The position numbers and the translations under genes were made by a program. From the NCBI GenBank assembly GCA_950097015.1, contig CATNEN010000039.1:14632001-14696000 (forward strand): a DNA stretch of 64,000 bases, read 5' to 3'. Within the stretch, counting starts at the first letter, position 1. The number at the start of each line of letters is the position of its first letter. This document shows, in pieces, positions 14,508-25,700 of this stretch. The notes under the pieces were generated by a model that did not search any database, was not told the DNA's origin, and saw only the letters and a list, made by a program, of their open reading frames with translations. The stretch is from Macrostomum hystrix. Lineage: Eukaryota; Animalia; Platyhelminthes.

Positions 14508-16185
14508 TGGGCTGAAGGATCTAGGGTTACAGGGCTGAAGGATCTTGAGTTACAGGGCTGAAGGATCTTGGGTTACAGGGCTGAAGGATCTTGGGTTACA
14601 GGGCTGAAGGATCTTGGGTTACAGGGCTGAAGGATCTTGTGTTACAGGGCTGAAGGATCTTGGGTTACAGGGCTGAAGGATCTTGGGTTACAGGGCTGAA
14701 GGATCTTGGCTTACAGGGCTGAAGGATCTTGTGTTACAGGGCTGAAGGATCTTGTGTTACAGGGCTGAAGGATCTTGGGTTACAGGGCTGAAGGATCTTG
14801 GGTTACAGGGCTGAAGGATCTTGGGTTACAGGGCTGAAGGATCTTGTGTTACAGGGCTGAAGGATCTTGGCTTACAGGGCTGAAGGATCTTGTGTTACAG
14901 GGCTGAAGGATCTTGGATTACAGGGCTGAAGGATCTTGGGTTACAGGGCTGAAGGATCTTGGGTTACAGGGCTGAAGGATCTTGTGTTACAGGGCTGAAG
15001 GATCTTGGGTTACAGGGCTGAAGGATCTTGTGTTACAGGGCTGAAGGATCTTGTGTTACAGGGCTGAAGGATCTTGGGTTACAGGGCTGAAGGATCTTGT
15101 GTTACAGGGCTGAAGGATCTGGGGTCAGACGGCTGAAGGATCTAGGCTCAGAGGGCTGAAGGATCTAGGGTCAGAGGGCTGAAGGATCTGGGCTCAGAGG
15201 GCTGAAGGATCTAGGGTCAGAGGGCTGAAGGATCTAGGGTCAGAGGGATGAAGGATCTAGGGTCAGAGGGCTGAAGGATCTAGGGTCAGAGGGCTGAAGG
15301 ATCTTGGGTTACAGGGCTGAAGGATCTGGGGTCAGACGGCTGAAGGATCTAGGCTCAGAGGGCTGAAGGATCTAGGGTCAGAGGGCTGAAGGATCTGGGC
15401 TCAGAGGGCTGAAGGATCTAGGGTCAGAGGGCTGAAGGATCTAGGGTCAGAGGGATGAAGGATCTAGGGTCAGAGGGCTGAAGGATCTTGGGTTACAGGG
15501 CTGAAGGATCTGGGGTCAGACGGCTGAAGGATCTAGGCTCAGAGGGCTGAAGGATCTAGGGTCAGAGGGCTGAAGGATCTGGGCTCAGAGGGCTGAAGGA
15601 TCTAGGGTCAGAGGGCTGAAGGATCTAGGGTCAGAGGGATGAAGGATCTAGGGTCAGAGGGCTGAAGGATCTAGGGTCAGAGGGCTGAAGGATCTAGGGT
15701 CAGAGGGATGAAGGATCTGGGGTCAGAGGGCTGAAGGATCTAGGGTCAGAGGGCTGAAGGATCTGGGGTCAGAGGGCTGAAGGATCCAGGGTCAGAGGGA
15801 TGAAGGATCAAGGGTCAGAGGGCTGAAGGATTTGGGGTCATAGGGATGAAGGATCTAGGGTTAGAGGGCTGAAGGATCTAGGGTCAGAGGGATGAAGGAT
15901 CTAGGGTTAGAGGGCTGAAGGATCTAGGGTCAGAGGGATGAAGGATCTAGGGTTAGAGGGCTGAAGGATCTGGGGTCAGAGGGATGAAGGATCTGGGGTC
16001 AGAGGGCTGAAGGATCTAGGGTCAGAGGGATGAAGGATCTGGGGTCAGAGGGATGAAGGATCTGGGGTCAGAGGGCTGAAGGATCTAGGGTCAGAGGGCT
16101 GAAGGATCTAGGGTCAGAGGGCTGAAGGATCTAGGGTCAGAGGGATGAAGGATCTAGGGTTAGAGGGCTGAAGGATCAGGGGTTA
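14508..16185. repeat. Minisatellite, 23-bp unit grading from GGGCTGAAGGATCTTGGGTTACA to GGGCTGAAGGATCTAGGGTCAGA
   Basis: About 72 tandem copies in two sub-domains that switch near 15120. Confidence 0.95.
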
Positions 16186-19100
16186 TTTAGGTGAGCTGAA
16201 GTTGGTTATGCTGAATGCTGGTCTTTGTAGGCATCGGTGCCACCCATGCCTACAAAGATCTTTGACTTAGTCACGTGCTTCGCATTGTTGTTTGACTTCA
16301 AGTACAAGAAGTCAACTTCTTGTTATACCCAATATAAATGTGCAGACTTTTAGAAAAATATAATATTGACCATTTTTAATGAACGGACGGACAGATTGCG
16401 TGGATAATTGCACTCTCGTATTCGTACACATACAGGTAGTACAACTCTGAAGAGTTTGCTAATGAGGAATGAGCCATAGATAGATTCGCAGAAATATAAG
16501 TAAAGCACAAGAGGTCGGCGCTAGGGGGGTCGGCCATTGTCAGTGTCAGTGCACCTATTCGCTTTTTTCACACTTCCCACGTTCGCGCCAAACCGTTCCG
16601 CACCCAACCGCACTCTGCCCCAATCCACTCCACACACAAAAAATCCGATGACCGCAACCGCACAGCAACAAAAAACATCGTCCGTGTCTCTCTCTCTCTG
16701 CCCAGAAAATATGTAAAAAAGAGAAATTAGACTGCGGTCTATATACCATAAATACCAGGCGCGTTAGGCTTAGAAGCAAAAACCGCAGGCCGACAGACAC
16801 AGTACAGTTGCAGCGAGGGCAAACTGCTATTTCCGAATCGAATCTCTCTCGTCCCTCTCCTGCGTCCTTCGCTTTGCTGAATGTGCAACTTTGGCTAAAG
16901 GGCTCACTCGACTCGATTCACTCCTCTCTTTACCCTTCCCTTTACCCTCACCTTCGACCTTCGCGCGACCGGCCAGCCAAATGGGGTGGGGCTCGCTCGG
17001 GGTCGCATCGGAAAACTCTAATTACTCGCCGCCGCCAGTCTAAAAATAGAACTCCTCGTCCAACCCCCCAATACCCCCACCCTACGTCCCGCGGGACGGC
17101 TATCAAGGGTTAACAATTTCGATGTTATTTAGTTCACTGGGGGGTGGTGGGTGGGCTGACCACGTCCGCTGGACCATGACGGCCTGGGTGAGCCCCCGAG
17201 GTCAAGCCCTCGCACTCCACCCCACTCCGCTAAATCGTACACGCCCAAGTCCGCCCTGGGCGGAATAGCAGACCTTCAGGCTGCAGCACTATTATTGACC
17301 ATGCCCTCAGCCCAGCCGCGCAACCCAAAAAACTTTGCTAGCGTTTCTAATCGGACCCGCTTCGGAACAAAACATGAGTGGGCTGCTGAACCTCGCATGT
17401 GTGAGCTCTGCTACAACTGGACAAGTTGACGCAGAACAGGCCAAGTGTCCAACACACAAGCAAAACGAACACAACAAAACGCAAAAAAACGAAGGACTAA
17501 AACAAAACAGAGACGCGGCTAAAACAAGCAAGCGTTGGCATTGGCAGGCAGGCGCTGCATTTTTTCGTAGGAGGCTAGGCTTGTGTGCGTTCGTAGTCGG
17601 CACTCGGCAGACACCCAGCAGCAAGAAAAGGAAAAAAATTAGGGATTCGTGATACCACAGATAAGCAGTATCAAGAAGTGAGGATTGGAATTCGGAAGTT
17701 AACAAAATTGTGCTTGTGTCGAATTGCATAGAAATCATGCAATTGCTATTTAAAAAAGGAATTCTTCTTAGAAACGACATCGGCAGAAAAATCAAATGAT
17801 ATCTTTTAACTCTGGAAAAATTTCTAAAGAAAATGCTAGCACAAGGTGATGGCAGTTTCGATGGAGCTCCGTTACAGAGTAGCACCGACTCAGTACTTCT
17901 TCTGCCATTCTGCAGATCTCTTTAACCAAGGTCATGCTTTTTCAATACACAAAAACTAATTGGACAAGCGCTGCTGCTGCTGCTGCTGCTTCTGCACTTG
18001 TCGTGAACAAGTTAGGGGTCAACTGAGGTTGCAAGATTACCCCCTCAATGGGCCGCACACAAGCGCGAAAACCCTCAGTGCATATAAATGTGCTATTCTA
18101 ACTGCTTAGAAAAATAGGCATTTCAGGGTCAAAGTAAAAAAGCTGAAGTACTTGGCTCACACGCCGCAGTTTACCCCAGTTGTCAGTTGAAGCACTACCC
18201 AAGCACTCTCAAACATGAATCGCCAAATGTACTTTTATTTATGTATCAGTTATGGCTTCTATTAAGCCACGTTAGAGCAGATTAACCCGTTTCGCCGACT
18301 AGCCTAATTGATAAAATACACTAGATCGGATTCTTAAATCTCTCTGGTTAAAGGCTGACAAGGACGGAAGGACTGAGTAAGGTTTCCTCACGATTTTGCC
18401 TTCCCATATTATGATTATTATTATTAGACTGCTTTACGCCAGACTTGGGGGGCGGGGACTGAGGTTGGGCCTTATGACTGGCGGGGGTTGATTGTAATGG
18501 ATGGGGTGGTGGCGGAGGTGGCGCAGGTCAACCCCAGACTGGCCCGGCCGCCCACCCCCACCAATCTCACACCGCTCAGCCAGCAGAACAACAACCTGCG
18601 CGGCCACCACCCCCAAATTCAGCCGCGGGCCCCACCCTAGGGCGTCCAACCCCAGCAGCCGACCCCGCGTGCCCTTTTTAAAGAATGGAAGACGGGGGTT
18701 AGGAGGAGAAGAGGAGAGGAGTGAGTGAAGGTGGAAATCTACACTGGGCGCGGTCGTCCTCCTGGGGAAAACGCCAGCAGAGCAGCTTAGACCCTTCGCA
18801 TTTTTCTCCTTGTTCTACTATCGTTTCTCGTCTGGAACCTGACCCACCCCAACCGCCGCCGCCCTCCCCGGATTTCCAACTCCCTATTCCGCGCCTCTCC
18901 GCCACTTACAATCTAAGGCAGATTCGGACTGGATCTCGCGGCCCGCCGGGACCTTAACCGCTTTGCATACAACAACCAAGCCCCACTCTCTCAATCCCGC
19001 TGAAAAATTCCCTTTTCAATTCTGCGGCTCCTCTAGCGGGGTGGGCCGGCTAAAAGAAGAAGTCCTGCTAAAAAGGGGGGAGTTCGACGGCAGCACTTCT

Positions 19101-19758
19101 AGCCGCTCCCCTCTCTTTTCTGCATTCTCGAGGCGGATTCACCCGCCTCCAGAACCCCCTCAGCCCCCGGAGCGCTAAGCCAGGCAAAAGAGGACGAGGA
19201 GGCATAAAAAGGCCAGGAAGAAAAGGAACAAAAAGGACCTTTTAAGAGATCGAATCGAGCAAGCGGCGGAGGGATCTGCTCCGACAGGCGACCACCGGCC
19301 AGGCCAGTTTGAAGGAAAAACAATTGCTTCAAGAAGAGTCGAAGAAGGATAAAATCTAAAGCTGGTAATTTGTCCTAGTTTTAAGCTAAAAATAAACTTT
19401 TGTTTTTCTCTAGTTCTCTTAGTCTGGCTCTTTGTAGGGTCTTTGTAACCTGGAAGTACGAGTTATCTGACCTAGATAAACGATTTCCGGGAAAACAGCA
19501 AAGCATCATATGAGCGGCTGGGTCAATAAGTGCATGACCTTGAACTGCGAGCTAGAAGCAGTCCCACGCGAAACAAAGAAAGCGAGGACCCAGAAGTCCA
19601 GCTAGTGTAAAATGTTGAATTTAAGCTTCAACGAAGGACAAAACCTCCTTTCCCCCTCCTCCAGATTTGGCTTTAAGGCTGGCTGCTTCAACAGAAAACT
19701 GACTTCTAGTTCTATTCGACCATTGCACACTTTCAATCCCAGGCAATTTAGTCGCCCA

Positions 19759-22700
19759 ATGAGCAACGGCCCTTGCTCGGGCGCCGTCGTCGACATCAAG
19801 ACGTCGGCGTCGCTGTCACAGCAGCAGCAGTCGAATAGCTCGACGATTACAACTACATCAGCCGGCGCTTCACTTTCGAATTCCTCCACCGCGGCAGCGG
19901 TGATGGCCGCGACTGGCTCCGCCGGCTTCTTGCTGCCCGCGGCAGCGCTGGCAACTCACAGTCGCGGCATGCCGCTGGCTTCGCCACCGCAGCATCAACG
20001 GCAGCAGCACCTGCTGGTACTCGGGGCGGCTCCTTCGGCTGCTGCTGCGGCGGCTGCGGCAGCTGCTGCACTCAACGGTGTCAGCGTTCAGCAGCAGCAC
20101 CAGCTGATGCAGTTCAGTCATCAGCAGATGGCCGCGGTGGCTGCGGCGGCTGCCGCTGCCTCAGCTGGAAATCTGGACGTCTCAGGAAGCATTAGCGCAC
20201 AGCCTGTGGTGAGTGCCTGTAGACCTTTGTGCGATGCCAGCTCAATTTTTGGAGCTTTGTTGACTTTGTTGGCAGGACTATACGAATTGAGGTCATCACT
20301 GGTAGGGTCACTCACATTTTACTAGTGTATGGTCTAGACAGCGACTGGGGCCGTGCTGATTTCTAGTCGATATTTATGAATGAAGTCATCAGTTTAATTT
20401 TTCCTGTGTCAGTCATTTGCAGCCATCGAAGCTCCCGAATCTGACCCCTGGTCATTTGCAATACTCCCTGTCTCATCTCTCCCCTGTCTCATATCTCCCC
20501 TATCTCATCTCTCCTCAGTCTCATCCCTCCCCTATCTCATCTCTCCCCTGTCTCATCTCTCCTCTTTCTCATCTCTCCCCTGTCTCATCCCTCCCTTGTT
20601 TAATCTCTCCCCTATCTCATCTCTCCCCTGTCTTATCTCTTCCCTATCTCATCTCTCCCCTGTGTCAACTCTCCCCTGTCTTATCTCTCCTGTGTCTCAT
20701 CTCTCCTCTGTCTCATCTCTCATTTGTTTAATCTCTCCCCTGTCTCATCTCTCCCCTGTGTCATCTCTCCCCTGTCTTATCTCTACCCTGTCTCATCTCT
20801 CCCCTGGGTCATCTCTGCCCGGTCTTATCTCTCCCCGGTCTTATCTCTACCATGTCTCATCTCTCCCCTGTCTCATCTCTCCCCTGTCTTATCTCTCCCC
20901 TGTCTTATCTCTCCCCTGTCTCATCTCTCCCCTGTCTCATATCTCCCCTGTCTCATCTCTCCCCTGTCTCATCTCTCCTCTGTCTTATCTCTCCCCTGTC
21001 TCATCTCTCCCCTGTCTCATCTCTCCCTCGTCTAATCTCTCCCCTGTCGATTCTCTCCCCTGTCTCATCTCTCAGCCGTCTCATGTCTCCATATTTCTTC
21101 TTTTGCGGGATCAGTAAATGTCGGGTGCAATTTCTGTTGCCTTGAGCACTGGTGTTGTTTGAGTCGTCTGTTTCATATTGTTTTATTTCCTATATGTCCA
21201 GTGTCGATATAATATTTTTATAGGCGCAATTTTAATACAGACAGGAGTTTAATAAAAGAATAAATAATCGTCAGCTTATATAGTCAATAGTTAGCGAGCG
21301 CATATCGCGTTCACTATAGTAAAATGCACTTCTTATATTGTTGCAAAAATACTGAGAATGCAATACAGTATTAGATACCATGCAGTTGATTTTTACAAGA
21401 AACCCAACCTCTGCTGCCATACTGAGCTTGACTTACTGCAAAGGTGCGGAACAGCTCGCTGTCTACTCTAGAACTATACCACATGAAGATTAAAGGGTAC
21501 TCTACCCTTTCAGGATTGAAATGAATGCTACCCCCTGAGGATAGAACGGCACTCTATCCCCTGAGGATAGAACGGCACTCTATCCCCTGAGGATTAGAAC
21601 GGCACTCTACCCCCTGAGGATAGAACGGCACTCTATCCCCTGAGGATAGAACGGCACTCTACCCCCTGCCCCTGAGGATTAGAATGGCACTCTACCCCCT
21701 GAGGATAGAACGGCACTCTACCCCCTGCCCCTGAGGATTAGAATGGCACTCTAACCCCTGAGGATAGAACGGCACTCTATCCCCTGAGGATAGAACGGCA
21801 CTCTAACCCCTGAGGATAGAACGGCACTCTAACCCCTGAGGATAGAACGGCACTCTATCCCCTGAGGATAGAACGGCACTCTATCCCCTGAGGATAGAAC
21901 GGCACTCTAACCCCTGAGGATAGAACGGCACTCTATCCCCTGAGGATAGAACGGCACTCTATCCCCTGAGGATAGAACGGCACTCTATCCCCTGAGGATA
22001 GAACGGCACTCTAACCCCTGAGGATAGAACGGCACTCTATCCCCTGAGGATAGAACGGCACTCTATCCCCTGAGGATAGAACGGCACTCTATCCCCTGAG
22101 GATAGAACGGCACTCTATCCCCTGAGGATAGAACGGCACTCTATCCCCTGAGGATAGAACGGCACTCTATCCCCTGAGGATAGAACGGCACTCTACCCCC
22201 TGAGGATAGAACGGCACTCTACCCCATGAGGATGAAACGGCACTCTATCCCTTAAAGATTGAATTTAGGCATTGAACTCAAACAGTCACCTAGAATCAGC
22301 TTGGTGACAATAACGGAATCTGTAGTGGTGCGCAGTGTCGTGTGTTGAGCAGTGCTGGTTGCACTGTAAACAGAGGCTGTGGGGAGGGTATGGAATGCTC
22401 AAGTGCTGAGCAGTGTGGCTGTGATGGTACTAGGATCTAGACAAGTTCACTGAGGGGGTGGCAGTCTGACCTCATCCTTTTTAGCCCCCGCTCCGTCTTC
22501 CCATCGCCCCAAATCTGCGACCCCTCAGTCGTCCCTTCTCCCATGCCTGCTGTGGGTCTCTGCGTTTCCTAATGTCCTTCAATTTCCCCTTCCTCTCTCT
22601 CCTTCTTTCCTTGCCCTTGTTAGCCTCGCCCGGCCCACACGTATTCTCAATCGATTTCTGCCTCGCCCTCCGTCCTCAGTCCGGGACCCGACACCCCTCC

Positions 22701-25700
22701 ACTCCCCGCTGTGTCGGTTTCTCCCCACCCCAGGGCCTGCTCAAGCACCACCCCCCAACAAATCAAGCAGCTCACCTACGCCTTGGCGACCTTAATCCAC
22801 AGCTGGCCCAAGCTATGACTGCATGCTGCTAAGGCTATAGAATATAGATGGTCTATAATGTTAGCTCCAATGCACTTCAGCCGGCGCAGCTCATCGACCT
22901 CGCCTCGCCCTGTCGCCGCCGCCCTCCCCTCCTCCTCAGACGACCTATGCAGCTGGCTCCTCCCCGTGGCTCTCTCACCCCCTGCTCACTCTGTGCTCAC
23001 CAACTGTAGGGAGTTTTCGAGGAAGGGGTTGGTTGGCGTCACGGCTAGATGCTCTGCCCCTCTACTGCCCCTTAAAAGTGCAAGAGTACCAAGGCACTCT
23101 ATACGCTATACCCTTTGACCACATCCCATTAATACGGATCCCCATCTAGCCGACCCAGCTTGATCGCCTTGAATTCCTGTCGGGGTCAGCTTACAGCACA
23201 CGGCGGGAGCGCTGAATTCTCCCATATTCCCTAAACCTATATACCCCCATCGGCCTTTTCCCAATCTGGCTTGGCCTTCGTATCTACTTTCCCCTTTCCC
23301 AACCTTTTGGTCTATTTTTTTTCTCTCTCTCCCTCTCAGCAGAACTGGCCATCGCTCGACCTCGACTAATCTTTCGGGTTAAGGTTTAAGGGGCCGCATT
23401 CCGACCTTCACCCCCCTATCCCCCACCCCACTCCGCCGGGTCTTTCCTCCTTGCCGTCTGGCCGTCCATAAAAATTGATGAAGTTATTGCTATCTCTCTC
23501 AGCGAATCTGACTGGCTTTCTGTCTTCAACATGGGGATTCTTTGCAGTTCTTCGAGTGGCAATTGATGTTTTGTCTGGCTGACTTGACAATAGCTGGCCT
23601 TTGCTTCAGCCTTAGCCCTTAGATAGTGAAAAAATGCGGTAAAATGATAGTTCATGCAACGCAGTCATGGTATGTTTATAAATATTACGCAACATATCGG
23701 CACAGTACAAAGTTCACAATATCGGTAGAGAAAATATTATTTTAGCAGAATCTAATATACTAAAAATGAAAATCTTGCTTGCTTGCTTGTTTAAATCTAA
23801 ATGTAATTTTTTTTGTAATAAATTACTTTCATTTATTTTTGTTACAATCATTGAATAAATCTACAAGGTGTATGATTACTTCGAGATGAAAATGAACCGA
23901 TTCTAAATTAGCTTTATATTAAATGAGCTATTAACAGCCATGTTTCTGCTCACGACTGTCTGAAGAAAATTTCGTATAATATATAAAATAATACATAGTT
24001 TAAAAATATCTGTAAGACAAACTACTAAACTTCAAAAAGTTACGCGGTGGAGAAGTCGGGGTTCGAACCCGAGACCTTTCACATGCGAAGCGAACGCTCT
24101 ACCTCTGAGCTACATCCCCGTCGGAGGAGAGGCGCAGCAAAGGCCTTATTATATAAAATATTTTTGCTGTCCGAGACACCTACTTTCAGTAGGGCAAGCA
24201 GCATTTTCAGGCTCTATTTTCATGATTCGCTCAAATTTATTTTCAGACTGTGCACAATGGGCGCCCATTGAACCAAGCGGCAGCATTCGCGTCTTACAGT
24301 CCGAATCCTGGCGCCGGCGTCGGACTGAATGGATTATTGGAAGCTGCTAAGAGTAAACTTAGAGAATCAGCCGAGGCTCGGCGTCAATTTGTCAACGGCG
24401 AAGACTTTGGGGGCGGCGGAGGCGGAACATCGACATCAAACGGGTTAGATAAGGAGCCGCCCGGGATGATGCTCAACTTGGCCCTGACTGAGAAGGTGGG
24501 TGATAGTAATACTATCAAGATTTTTTATTGAGCTTCAAGTACCACTAGGAGTAGAAGGACGGCAAACTTTGTTTCTGAAGTTGGGTGAACTGAAGCAACG
24601 CAGTGGTAAGTGTCCCAATGGAGTTGGGAATCGAACCACCGACCTTCAAGCCCTTTGAAATCCGCTTTAAATGAATGACAATCAAAAGTGAAAAAATCCT
24701 ATCTGCTCAGTGTATTTTTCGGCGAAAGCATTTTCTAAGAAATGCAGTCTCCAAATCTTCTGCTCCTAGTGGTCGTAGTTGAGATTTTGTAAGACTTATC
24801 GAACGAACTAAAAATTTGCAGCTCACAGCAGAGCAGGCTACGGCAACAGTGGAGCCTTCGCAGCAGCAGCAGCAGCAGCAGCAAACAGACGCCGCCGCTC
24901 ACTCGAAGCACTCTCCAGGCAGCAGCGCGAGCAGTTCCGCCGCGTTCGAAGCCTGCCGGGTCTGCGGCGACCGCGCCTCCGGCCGGCACTACGGCGTTGT
25001 CAGCTGCGAAGGCTGCAAGGGCTTCTTCAAGCGCTCGATTCGGCGCAAAGTGAATTACGCGTGCCGCAGCGGCAAACAGTGCCTGGTTAATAAGGCCTAC
25101 AGGAATAGGTGCCAGTTCTGTCGCTTGCAGAAGTGCATCGCAACCGGAATGCGATCCGAGGCCGTCCAGAACGAGCGGAAGCCAAATCAGCAGCCTGGCA
25201 CGACGGCCACCGCCTCCGGCGTCAAGCAGACGTCACCGATGGTGTCGCCCACGATTGGAAGCGTCGCTGCGGTCTCCGAACTGCTGCTAGTTGTCAATGG
25301 CAACGGTAGCCATAGCAACAATAATAACAATAACAACAATAGCAGCAACGACGATGATGAGAGATCGAATGGCGCAGCTGACAGCGACGATTTTGACGGC
25401 TACGATGGTTCAACGGCTGCTGCTGCCGTTGTGGCTGCTGCGGTGAAGGCGGAGCTAACAACGGATGTCGATGCTGCTGCTGATGATGATCCTGCGGGAA
25501 CCGGAGCTTCACTGCCACCGTCGATGGACGACAGCGAGGCCAACGGCATCGGTGAACAGTGCGAGCCGTGCGGGCCGCTGCAGCAGGTAAGTGCCGCTGA
25601 ATATGTGTGACAGCTGGCATTTGTGACAGTTGGCATGTGTGACAGCTGGAATCTGTGACAGCTGGCATCTGTGACAGCTGGAATCTGTGACAGCTGGAAT

